Below, one piece after another: positions 27,182 through 38,559 of a DNA stretch of 64,000 nt (within the stretch, counting starts at the first letter, position 1; the number at the start of each line of letters is the position of its first letter). Origin of the DNA: Felis catus (lineage: Eukaryota); contig NC_058369.1 in the NCBI RefSeq assembly GCF_018350175.1, positions 16,556,001 through 16,620,000 on the forward strand, written 5' to 3'. The notes below the pieces were generated by a model, which was given only the letters and a program-made list of their open reading frames with translations, did no database searches and was not told the origin of the DNA. A program made the translations under genes and the position numbers.

Positions 27182-28046
27182 AGATCTTGGTTTCTCAATC
27201 TCACTTCACATCATAGAAAGCAGAGTTTATTGGACAAATGGCCGATTCCAGGGCTGGGTAAGGGAAAGTGCAAGATAAGCCTGGAATAGCATGTCGTTCC
27301 AGGTTAAAAAACTGACGGCAACCTGTCAAAATCACACAGAGGGAACCTAAAGGTTCTCTCACACTGGCCAAACAAGGGACAATTTAAGCAAATAAATAAC
27401 AAAATTAATGGATAATTCACTGAATAAAACAAGAACCCAGGAGGCTCTGCAGCATAATTTAGGCACTGTAGGAGTTGTGGTTGTCAACACTGTACAAGAT
27501 GGGTTTTCCTGAAGATGCTGGTTCTTTTAGAACTCATCAAATTAAGGCTGCTCCAATTGGCTCTGCAGTTGGTAGATTTAAGGCAAATCTTGTCTTCAAG
27601 GAGACTGAAAAGAAGCTTAAAGAGGAAGGGGAACAGTTTGTGAAGAAATTGGTAGTATTTCTGCCTTCAAGGTAAAGGATGGCCCTGGGGGTAAAGAAGC
27701 CACCAGGGTGGTGGATGTGACGAACAGCAGTTCAGTGCTTCCTAACTCAGATAAGAAGGCTGACTGCAGAGTCCCAATGGCTGACCTGGACTTGCTGGCT
27801 TTAATGACTGGTAAAATTAATCCTCAGTTGGCCTTCTTTCAAGGCAAATTGAAAATCACTGGCAATCACTGGCTATGAAGTTACAAAGTCTTCAGTTTCA
27901 GCCGAGCAAAACTAAACTGTGAGGAATCCCCTCTGCCTACCTTTGAAAACTAAAGATGAGATACACAGATTTATACCCATATATTTCATTGTCAGAACTT
28001 AGAAATTACACACTGGCAAACAGTGTGAGATTTGTTTTTAATGGCT

Positions 28047-28650
28047 TTTTTAAATTTTTTATTTTTTTTAATGTTTTTAAATGTTTTTTAATGCTCCACA
28101 TCCAACATGGGGCTTGAACACACAACTCTGAGTTTAAGAATCACATGCTCAGGGCGCCCGGGTGGCTGAGTCGGTTAAGCGTCCAACCCTTGATTTCGGC
28201 TCAGGTCATGATCTCACAGTTCATGAGTTCAAGCCCCGCATCGGGCTCTGTGCTGACAGTGTGGAGCCTGCATGGGACTGACTCTCTCTCTCTCTCTTTC
28301 TCTGTCCCTCCCCAATTCATGCATTCTCTCTCTCGAAATAAGCCTTAAAAAAAAAAAAAAAAAAAAAAGAGTCACATGCTCTACTAAGGGAACCAGCTAG
28401 GTGCCCTTAGATTGGTTTTTAATGGCTGTGACCCAGGCGCCTGGTGGCTCAGTTGGTTAAGTGCCGGCCTCCTGATTTCAGCTCAGGTCGTGATCCCAGT
28501 GTTGTGGAACTGAGTCCTGCATCAGGCTCTGCACTGAGCTCTGTGCTGAGTGTGGAGCCTGCTTAACGTTCTCTTTCCCCCTCTGCCCTTCTCCATCTCA
28601 CACAGGTGTGTACACACATGCTCAATCAATCATTCAATCAATCAATACAT
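28047..28650. mobile_element. SINE cluster inside the SCP2 retrocopy: minus-strand SINE (28047-28408) containing a nested plus-strand SINE (28151-28367), then a plus-strand SINE (28433-28650)
   Basis: TSDs agatt(t/g)gtttttaatggct, aaga(a/g)tcacatgctc and atg(g/c)ctgtgacc. Confidence 0.9.
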
Positions 28651-29168
28651 GCCTGTGACCAATTCTGTTTTTCCTAAACTCTGAGGGAACAGAGCCTGAG
28701 GTATACTACTGCTTTGCTGAACTGCATACAAGTGTACATTACAAAGCTAATATGGTTTGGCACAAAATTGAGTTTCAGAATAAAATTAGGAAGAACAAAA
28801 TCTAAAAGTTATATAAACAAAAGCTCTCATTTTTTATAAAGTATATTTAAGGATCATTCTGCTGAAGATTCAATTTAAGGTTTCCTTGGGAGAAGCAGGG
28901 AGGAAACAGAATACCAGTACCTCGCCAGTAATTAGTGTTGCACACTTAATGTTCATTTATTTACTATTAATAGTTTTAAAAGTTCTGTACTGGGATGTTT
29001 AAAAGAAAACTTTTCCCAAATCAAAATAAATCTGATCAGAGCTTGGCGGGGGGGGGGGGGGGGGGGGGGAACTATAGCTGAATGCAGGACTATTTTTAAA
29101 ATAAAAAAATTTTTTTACTGGGTTTCCTTCTTGAAAAATAAGTATTTTTGTTAAAAAATAATTGAACA

Positions 29169-29347
29169 GAGGCATATGGGTGGGTCAATTGGTTGAGTGT
29201 CCAACTCCTGATTTTGGCTTAGGTCATGATCTCACAGTTTCATAAGATCAAGCCCTACACTGGGCTCTGTGCTGACAGCATGAAGCCTTCTCTCCCTCCC
29301 TCTCTCTGCCCTCCCCTGCTCTCTCTCAAACATTAAAAAAAAAAAAC
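29169..29347 (+). mobile_element. Can-SINE inside the SCP2 retrocopy 3'UTR
   Basis: Diverged head and A tail. Confidence 0.8.
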
Positions 29348-29605
29348 TGAAAATAGTAATAACTGAGCAAATACACGTTTGCTCTGAGATGCAGTTTTCA
29401 AATTAGAATCTCCTATTTAACTAAATGTGTAAAGCTCTGTCCTTTGTTATAATTTTCCTTCTTTATAGAAGAAGAAGGAAACATTTATCGTTCTTCCTAG
29501 TTTTTCTAATGCCAATGTTATTTCTTATAACTGTAAGATACGGGGTAAAATAATGCTTTGGAAGAATGTTTAATAGAGAATTAAAATAAAAAAGTAATAA
29601 AAAAA

Positions 29606-30600
29606 TGAGAATGCATGAGCCTAAACTGATAAAAATCAATGAATACAGAACTACACGGGAGAGCAGGAAAAGCTCTTGCTTACAAGAGGGCTACAACCAA
29701 AACAGAGGGGAGCAAAAGGAATGAGAGGTTAGAAAATCACCACTTGGCAACCATCACAGCTGTTAAGTGATTTGGGTAAATTCACTGGATGTTGAAACTA
29801 ATGAATAAATCTGATAAAAAGCAGATTATTTACACACTTCCAAAGGTGCTCCTATAGGATAATTTTTAATGATAAGGATCAAACAGTAACTTTATGTTGG
29901 AAAACCTGGCAGACACCACTTTAACCAAGGGACTGGAGTTGGCAGTGCCAATAGTGGAACAAATCAACATCAGGTGAAGGATACTCCTTACTATTCCAGA
30001 CAAAAATGTATAACCTGAACCCAAAAGAAAACTTCAGACAAGCCCAAAATGAGGAATATTCTAAAAAATTTCAAAATATTTTAAAAATTTGAAATGTATA
30101 AAAAGCAAAGATAGACTTAGGAACTATTCCAGATTAAAGGACACTAGAGAGATACAACCCAACATAACACTTTAGCTCCAATTCTGGATCAGATTTTTTT
30201 TCTTGCTATAGACATTATGGGTACAATTGGCAAAGTCTGAAGGAGATCTGTTGGTCAGATAACAGTATTTTGTCACTAATCTGCTGATTTTAACAAATAT
30301 ACTGCAGTCATATGGAATAATATCCTTGTTTTTATAAAATATGCACTAAAATATCTAGGGGCAATGGATGTCACATCTGTAACTTATTTTAAGTTAAAAA
30401 ATTTAAGAGAAAATGATAAAGCATATTTGGTAAAATGTTAACACTGGGGAATCTGGGTGGAGGAATAAGAGGAATTTTTAGCTTTTTTCTACATTTGTCA
30501 CTAGAATGTGTATCACATACAGAATACATACACAGAATAGTATCCTTGCAGTTTTCCTATAAGTCTGAAATCACATCAAAAGTAAAAGGAATATTAAGAA
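29606..30600 (+). mobile_element. Old L1 3'UTR (L1MC/MD-like); its upstream part lies at about 27190-27440, split by the SCP2 retrocopy
   Basis: aaacctggcagacaccacttt, gaactattccagattaaagg, aaaatgttaacactggggaatctgggtg. Confidence 0.65.
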
Positions 30601-30929
30601 AAATTTATACATTTTATTATGGTTACATGTAAGACAAGATTGCACCAACTTATCTATACTCAAAACCTCCCTTAAGTTTCCAACTAACCTGATCATGGTC
30701 CTGAGGGAAAAACAACATTGCGTAAAGGTCTCTTCTCTCCCACTTCTCAGACAGCCTTACATCCAAATTATTCAAAGTAACTTTTCCCAAACAGAGTCAA
30801 GACTTTTTTTTTTTTTTTCAAACTAACTTCATGAGCTATAGAACCATAATCATCATGTCTTTAGGGAAACAGAATTAAGAGTTCATCCATAAGAATAAAG
30901 TATCAAAATGACTTCACTCAAAATCAGAA

Positions 30930-31060
30930 TGTTTCAAGCAGCCAGACTCTGAACTTTACCACAGTGCAAAAGCAGCCACAGACAGTATGTAAATGAATGA
31001 GCATGGCTGTGTTCCCAAAAATCTTTACAAAAACAAGCAGTGGGACAGACATAGCCAAGC
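30930..31060. mobile_element. MER58-like hAT DNA transposon remnant
   Basis: gcagccacagacagtatgtaaatgaatgagcatggctgtgttcc...tttacaaaaacaagcagtgg. Confidence 0.7.
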
Positions 31061-31166
31061 CATGATTTAGATTAAAGGACCTATCCAGTAATAACAAAAT
31101 GGACTACTAATAAGCTTTAGACCATTTTTGCCTTTTACTAAGTCTGATACTTGTAAAACAAATTTT

Positions 31167-31656
31167 GGGGTGCCTAAGCGACCCAGTTGGTTGAGAGGCC
31201 AACTCTTGATTTTGGATCAGGTCATGATCTCACGACTTGTGGGTTCAAGCCCCACACGGTGCTCCCCACTAGCAGTGTGGAGCCTGCTGTCTGGGATTCT
31301 CTCTCTCTTCCCCTCTGCTCTGCCCCGCACGCACGTACTCTCTCTCTCTCTTTCAAAATAAGTAAATAAACTTAAAAAAAAAAAAAAACTTTCAATGTAG
31401 CAGTATCTAAGATTGCTTCTTTGGGGGCAATTCTAAATTTTAAAGGAGGGGCGTCTGGGTGGCTCAGTTAGTTAAGCATCCACCTTGGGCTCAGGTCATG
31501 ATCTCATGGTTCACGGGTTGGAGCCCCGTGTCAGACTCTGTGCTTACAGCTCAGAGCCTGGAGCCTGCTTCAGTTTCTGTGTCTCCCTCTCTTTCTGCCC
31601 CTTCCTGCTTGTGCTTTGTCTCTCTCTCTCAAAAATAAATAAATGTTAAAAAAAAA
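31167..31656 (+). mobile_element. Two Can-SINEs (about 31167-31388 and 31448-31656)
   Basis: Heads, (CT)n, A tails. Confidence 0.9.
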
Positions 31657-34600
31657 TGTATTTTAAAGGAAAGGGTAATATTGATCCTTATGGATACAGA
31701 ATAATCTCTACGAAAGATTTTGAAATTTATTACAGAAACCCAGGGTACATAATTTCATTTTGAAATGTTGCATAGCAGATTCCACATAGGATATCAGTTA
31801 CAGACTGAATTTCCAAGTAGTGACTTAAACGTTTTCAGCTGAGTAACCCTATGTTTTATTTAAACTTTCTGTAAAGAGTTTAATGCTTAACTTTCTAGGC
31901 AAATAATATGTTTGTTGAATTAAAGATAGTCTTGACATAAACATGAAGAAGAGTATTATTAAGAATAGTCCAACTTATCACATGTACAGAATGGTGCCCC
32001 TAAATCATCTAAACCAGGTGTAACTGTAACTACCCAGATTTCATTATAAGGAGAGATGCATATCCTGCAGTCTAAGTGTTTACAAGAGAGGCTCTGGAAT
32101 CACTAGCCATCATAATCTACTGGGTGTTTAACTGCCAAATTCACAGGAACCTTACCTCTTCTTCTCATGATCCAAATGAATGAGGATTTTCCAGTCAAGT
32201 TATAATCAATCACCACTTATAACCAACTGTTTTGCCCTGTGAAGTCTAGGGTATATTTTCAGCATGAGGGGTGATGTACAGTAATTCCTTTTGCAAATAG
32301 AAATATATGCACATGTCCCTGCTGAAAATGTAGCCCGATAAATTTGCACGTGAAAATACATGCTCATGTGTAGTAGCAATGTGTTAGGTGATGTTTCTTG
32401 TTTAGGTCTACTTTAGGAGTCAAAATGTGCAAGCCCTGTGGAGCCATGGCAGCAGTCCTGTGTATAGAGGTATAGAAAAAGTAGCTCACTTAATCCTTTC
32501 TCGCCAGGAGTCGGGATTTTCCCGGAACGACATCCATTGTCGGCAATGGACGCACCAAAATAACGCCGGCGCCAGTGAGTTAACCACCTCTGTCCTCTTT
32601 TCACCTATTATATTTTTCATGCATCATCCAACTTCCCAACCATCTTCCTGTTTCTTCACAGAATGCACGCTAGGTTCTCGTTTTTCTTCAGCACGAAGTT
32701 GAAAATGGAGTTGAGAAAAGGAGACACATGGTCAGCTGGTGATGTTAACAAGCTCCTTGCTGCCCTGAGAAGCTAGATGGAAATGGTTCAAGTTACAAGG
32801 GGGATCATCATCAGATCTGGGAGGACAAAGAGTAATTCATGAAGCTTCATTCCCTTCCCTCCCACCCTCTTTCATTTACTGATGATCCCTATGGTCTGCC
32901 TTCACAGCAAAAATCAAGATTAAGGATCTGAAGCAACCTCTTTCAGTTCTTCACTCCATCCAATGTGTAGAAAGGCCAAGTGGAACACATGTCCAACAAT
33001 GTTACAGTGGCCCCAGAAGGTCAGGGAAGCTTGGAGTGGCTAACATAACCACAATCTTAGAGTAATGCTTTTTTTAGTACGATCTTGGAATTAACATCAG
33101 CAACTAACCCAGTGCTTGGCAATAGGTGCTTAATAAAGGTTGGTTGAATAAGACATTGTCTTTTCTGCCAACGTCTACTTGAATACATAGGTGGAAGTCA
33201 GACAGAAGTAGTTAACTCTTTCAATGCCGGGATAGTATGGGTATGGTGTAATCACATCAAGTCCATGCGTTTATCTAAAACATGTTCAAATTATGGGTTT
33301 CTGATTTCAATGTTCTGATTAAATGCTGGCTAAAGTTCTTTCTTTCTCTTTCTCTCTTTCTTTCTTTCTTTTTTTCTTGACAACCATAATAAGAGTTTTG
33401 GAATTAGAATCATGGTAAATGTTAAACAGAATGATAGATGAATTAAGAGCCCCAGCACCAATGTGTAACAAAACATCACAGTTCAGTCAAGTGACAACAT
33501 TTCTCAGTCATGCAATTCTAGGTGAGTAATGATTCCAGAGCAAACTAAAGTTTGAAGAAAGAAAATCTCATTCAATGGCTTCCTTGATGCTAAGAATCAG
33601 GATACATCCAAAGTATGAAAGTTAAGAAGGATATATTTTAAGTATGAATAAAATTTTGAGCCTCAAGTCAAAAGGATCATCAAGCTACATAGTGCTATGC
33701 AACTGCTTTGATCTTTCAGACAGGAGGAACGAGGACAAGCAGGGGAAGAAATAATTTGGTAGGACTCAAAAACGTCTAGAGTGTGACTTTAAATGACCAG
33801 TTACAGCTAACTGAGTTAAGGATATCCCAGAGAGTAATTCATACCACTACCATTACAATAAAAAACTACCATGGAGAGAAACGAAAGTATTACTTTTTCC
33901 AGGTTTTAAGAAGAGACAGGTTTTTAAAGAAATGATGCTTAAATCTCATTTTTTTAAACTTATGTCAACCAGAGATTTATCAGGCAAAAGTGAACTACTG
34001 GGTCTGCCACCCCATTCTCACTCTGTAAAACTATGTCTGTAAGGCCTTTTCTATGCCCATTCGAGTACAGGTCTCCATTTCCACCTTCCTTATGAAGCCA
34101 GTCATGCCACAGGCTGTACTAGCCTCCAAACTCAAGAGGGACTTCTTCCACACTCCTGTGCCCTCACAAAGCAGGCCTTAAATGAAGGTCCACCCACGTG
34201 ACCATCCCAGCATTTCTTTCTTTTAACTGCAATTCTGGTTCCTGCAGTTCACGTGTTGTATCATAAGCAGATTTACTATGAATTCTTCCTTTTAGGTTTA
34301 TAAAAAGGAAGGATTTCACAAGGTTTATTAATAAGGTTGAGTAACGATAAACTCTAAGTGCTGCAAGAGTCGCAAACAGGTCAACGAGAACTGAAACCAC
34401 ACCATACTTAAAGAAGAGTCTCAACACAGCAAATTACAAATGCCGGAAGTAAGAATAGTGCACAACCAATCAACTACTCCTTTTGTTCAGTGTGAGGTCA
34501 GTTCCATATGGGTCAAATCGCAGGATCTAATGGGTGAGTTTTGTAATCATAATTGGGGACAGGTAGGATTCAGTTGTCCATCTTACTGCAAATAAACCTG

Positions 34601-35253
34601 TACTGCTGGTTTATCTGGTTGCTTCACTGCTGACAGAAGAAAGGAAGAGAAAAATAGAAGCTAGGAAGTAACCTGTTCCCACAGGGTCCTCAAGACCTGA
34701 ATCCCAGATACAGATCACTTACAATCAAAATGTATCACATCTCTCCTAGGCTCATCCTGTTATTCACTTCTGTGTTTATCCAAGACCCAGACTGAGTTTT
34801 CTGCAAAGCAAACCCTGTACAACTTGCTACGTTCTTTAATGACAGATTACGTTACGTACGTATTAGGCATAAGGGTTCCACACCTCTCTATTTTCCTCTA
34901 GATAACGTCTTTTGACCAAAGAAGTAGGCATTTAAAGGCAGGCCTATTTCAGAAACAATAATGGAACTGAACACCAACTAGCTCCATATAAAGTTGTTTT
35001 ACTGGAATAGATATTTGTTTTCAATCATTTTTGATAAGTTGCTGAATTACCTTGGTTTTCCAGTTATAGTTAATTTTTAAAAATTAATTTCTAGTTAATC
35101 CAATATATTAATTTCCAATTACTTTAAACACTGACTTTTTTTCTTACATACATTCTTACAAAGAATTTTCAAATGTAGAATCATATGTTTGTAACTCAAT
35201 GTATTTCTGGTTTTGGTTTTAATGTAAGGTGCACTTAAATAACTGAAGTCACT

Positions 35254-35490
35254 GGGGCACCTGGGTGGCTCAGTTGGTTAAGCGTCCAACTTCAGTTCAG
35301 GTCATGATCTCACTGTTGGTGAGTTTGAGCCCCACATTGGGCTCTATGTGATCAGCCGGGAGCCTGGAGCCTGCTTCGGATTCTGTGTCTCCCTCTCTCT
35401 CTGTCCTTCCCCCACTTGTACTGTCTCTGTCTCTCAAAAAATGAGTAAATGTTTAAAAAACTACAAAAAAAAAAAAAAAAAAAAAAAAAA
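35254..35490 (+). mobile_element. Can-SINE with TSD aactgaagtcactg
   Basis: Flanking duplication, long A tail. Confidence 0.9.
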
Positions 35491-35737
35491 CTGAAGTCAC
35501 TGCTGCGATATGCTTTTCTAAATGAAGAAAAGGGGATATCTGTATATTAGTTTGGCTGGTATATCTCTTGCCAAGGTTTAAAAGATTTGAGACATTTGTA
35601 ATTAGTTATCAGTAAGAGAGATGGTACTCCATTTTTCAAATATATGTATAGCTAGAAAAGTAGGTAATTCAACTTAAGATTTGTGGAACGCTAGACCTGA
35701 GTAATTCAGGTTAAAATAAACAGAAATGTTTCCTTAC

Positions 35738-36400
35738 CTTTAGGTCTTTCCAACTATCCAGGAGCTTGGTGGCCAAATCACTTATATCTACTGTTTTATC
35801 TGGCTGTTCCTGGCTCCTCTCACTCTCCACATCAGATACACCCTCCTCTTCATCTTGGGATGGTGTTTCCTCAGCAATAGTTTCTTCCAGTTTCGTGCCA
35901 TTGCCCTCTTTAGGCTCTATTTCAGCATCAGCCTCTGGTTCAGATATGGGTAGCTTACTGGCTTCCATGGCAATTTCACTCTCAACTTTAGACTCAGGCA
36001 GCTGTTGTGTGAGTAGCTGTTGTGACTGTAACTCTTCCTCGTCTTCTACAGGGACGTGTTCTAACTGGTCAAGGTCCTCTTTGCCATCCTTGCCTTCCAG
36101 CTCACTGGTAGCATCAGATATTGCACTGTCCATGCTATTTTCACTTATAATTTTAAGTCTGCGAAACATGAGCTTCTTGGGGGTATCTGTGTCAGCTTCT
36201 GTGCTTAGCTTGGTGGAAGGATCAGGAGTGTTGAGTGGTGTGTGAGCACGTGACGTATTCTCACTTGAATACCCATCTCCTTCACTCAACGGAGGAATGG
36301 CAGTTTTGGTCTGAGACCAGCGTTGGATAATTGGAAGTACTTTGCTTTCCTCCAACATATTTTTAGTAGGAATGGGTAAGTGTTCCAAAGTCTTTATAAT
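35738..36400 (-). CDS. SETD2: SETD2 exon 12, 663 nt (IIKTLEHLPIPTK...LLDSWKDLK)
   Basis: Lies in ORF 35711..36454; acceptor AATCAG|, donor AAG|GTAAGG. Confidence 0.97.
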
Positions 36401-36711
36401 CTGATTAAACACAATAAAAAAAAATCTCATCACTTTACACAGTTGACTTTTCAAACCTCTGGATGGGACTCAGATCATTTTTGCAAGAGCAGCGGGGTTT
36501 CTTTACTGTCTTATTCAGACCAAAGTCTCTATAACTACAGAAGGATTTAAATGTCATAATATTATTTTCCTCCAGAAAGGAAAGAAAACTGTTTTAAGAC
36601 TGACCAGCAAAAATAAAAATGTGGGCAGGTAACTGCTCACAATATTAAAGAGGACCAATTAATATCCTCCACCAGTGCTTCTCAAACCTGAGATTAAAAA
36701 AAAAAAAAAAA

Positions 36712-36712
36712 T

Positions 36713-36747
<35 letters not shown>

Positions 36748-36846
36748 CACACACACATATATACATATACACATAATATATACATATATGTGTGTGTGTA
36801 TGTATATGTATGTGTATATACACACACACACGTATATATACATACG
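36712..36846. repeat. Compound (CA)/(TA)/(TG) microsatellite
   Basis: Alternating purine-pyrimidine tract. Confidence 0.95.
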
Positions 36847-36984
36847 CTAGTGGACCTCATCCTGTGTATCTTTTTCTAAAAAGTTTCCCAAATGACTGTA
36901 ATATAGGCTTGGGAACTATGCAACAACATATATTTAAATGATGTCTCACATACACACACAAAACAATGCAGATATTACTTACCT

Positions 36985-37191
36985 CGTTTAGCTTTTGATA
37001 AATAGCTATCTAACAAAATGAGACTCTCTCTTCAGAGATAATCATCCCCTCCATCCGGAAATCCAAGAATTTCTTCTAAAGTACTCCCTAATGTAGTCCT
37101 ACAGAAACCCCAAGGATAGGGAGTTCCCCTCCACTTGCTCGATAGGATGCTGCCCAATTCATAAATCATTTAATAAAGTCAACTAGATCTT
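36985..37191 (+). mobile_element. Probable ERV LTR fragment
   Basis: gataggatgctgcccaattcataaatcatttAATAAAgtcaactagatctt resembles the R-region poly(A) signal context of carnivore ERV1-type LTRs; recognised by eye only. Confidence 0.5.
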
Positions 37192-37387
37192 GAAGGAAGA
37201 AAGGAAGGAAGGAAAGAAAGGAGGAAGGGAGGGAGGAAGAGAGAAAGAAACCAACCAACCAACCCACCCACCTACCCCAAGTCCTCCTCAACTTCTACTT
37301 ATTGCCAAATCTCCTGGGAGAAGAATGGAGGCAAGATAACCACTTATTTGCTTATTCCTGATGTTTTTAAAAGTGTATTATTTGGTA

Positions 37388-37430
<43 letters not shown>
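37192..37430. repeat. (GGAA)n, (CCAA)n and (CT)n simple repeats
   Basis: Visible runs at about 37192-37275 and 37390-37430. Confidence 0.9.
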
Positions 37431-37976
37431 ATACGTAACATGCAACACTTTGGTATTATATTAAAAAGAACTACACTTAGACTAGGTTAAAAAATATTGC
37501 TTATTTCATGGGGAGGTATAAACATCACAACTCCACTAACAATGCTGCAGTGAACATTTATTTAGATCTTTAAAACACTTATTGACTCCTCAAAATGTTC
37601 TTACTCTGGTATCCAGAATTCAGCTCTTCACTAATTTTTTAGAACACCAGAATTTAAGTTTCATATGGCTTCCTATCTGTTTAAAACTATGGCTTTAGCA
37701 ACGAACTGGATCTTTCACTCAACTATGATATTATATTTTGCTCTTGCAGTTCCCAACTACACAATATCAACTATAGGGATTCTATAGCCATAGGGCAAAC
37801 TCACTACTAGCAAGTTTTAAGTAAAGGTTATAGTTACAAGAATGATACTAAGATAATAAAATTATTTAATACCAGTAGTAAATATAGTGCTAGATTCATT
37901 ACCACTGATATCATCGCTCAACCTAAGTAATCTATATAGTGGTTTTAAAAAACAAGCAAGTTGAATGTGAACTGAC

Positions 37977-38096
37977 CTCTTCTTGAAGCTTCTGGTTACT
38001 TTCCCGGCCATCACCTAGCTCTGCCATCCAGATCCACAACAAAGACAGCCCATGACGTTCCAGAAAGGACTTCAGGCAAGACTGTGAATGCGTGTT
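37977..38096 (-). CDS. SETD2: SETD2 exon 11, 120 nt (NTHSQSCLKSFLERHGLSLLWIWMAELGDGRESNQKLQEE)
   Basis: Lies in ORF 37932..38273; acceptor GGAAG|, donor GAG|GTCAGT. Confidence 0.96.
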
Positions 38097-38348
38097 CTTC
38101 CATGGGGGAAGGGAAGCAAGATGCAGGGTATTGGGATGGGGTTGGGGTGGGTTGGGGTAGGAAATACCAAACACAGCATTAAAAAGGGTCCACAAAGAGG
38201 AATAAAATTTTTGTTTATATTCACAAAACACCCAGAAACTTTGTTTTGATTGATGCAAAATAAAAGTGTACAAAAAATAAACGGTTTAAAGTTAGATGCC
38301 CCACCACAAACTCAGAGATAAAAAACAAATTAGTATCAAAGAGCTCAC

Positions 38349-38483
38349 CTGTATGAGCTCAAGACAGGTAAGTTTCTGCTCCAAAGTTTCAATTCTAACC
38401 ATTAGCCGGGATAAGCTGAGCACCTGGTTTTTATCAGAGAGACCCTCACCATTCTCCATCAGAGCTTCTAGCTCTCCATCCAC
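38349..38483 (-). CDS. SETD2: SETD2 exon 10, 135 nt (VDGELEALMENGEGL...LTCLELIQ)
   Basis: Lies in ORF 38292..38555; acceptor GGCAG|, donor CAG|GTGAGC. Confidence 0.97.
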
Positions 38484-38559
38484 CTGCCACAGCAAAGAAA
38501 AATATCTTGTTATAAAAACAACAAAAACAACAAACCCCACTAATCTAAGAATCAAACAG

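Larger units (their letters stand above)
27441..29605 (+). pseudogene. SCP2: Processed pseudogene of SCP2 (sterol carrier protein 2 / SCPx C-terminus) with long 3'UTR interrupted by four SINEs
   Basis: Decayed translation [37 protein letters not shown]...[24 protein letters not shown]/...[14 protein letters not shown]...[10 protein letters not shown]...QPSKTKL* (ATG 27499, TGA 27920-27922). Intronless, several frameshifts, A-rich tail near 29583-29605. The 3'UTR extent is recognised from memory of the human mRNA and is less certain. Confidence 0.9.

Noticed and set aside
29048..29069. Poly-G run (and poly-C runs near 21181 and 45064) as functional G-quadruplexes
   Set aside because: Simple homopolymer expansions, mostly within decayed insertions, with no supporting context
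35766..36245. Plus-strand ORFs opposite SETD2 exons (also 2319-2765, 62258-62566, 63155-63589) and the alternate-frame minus ORF 2078-2548
   Set aside because: Shadows of coding sequence with no independent start context or recognisable protein
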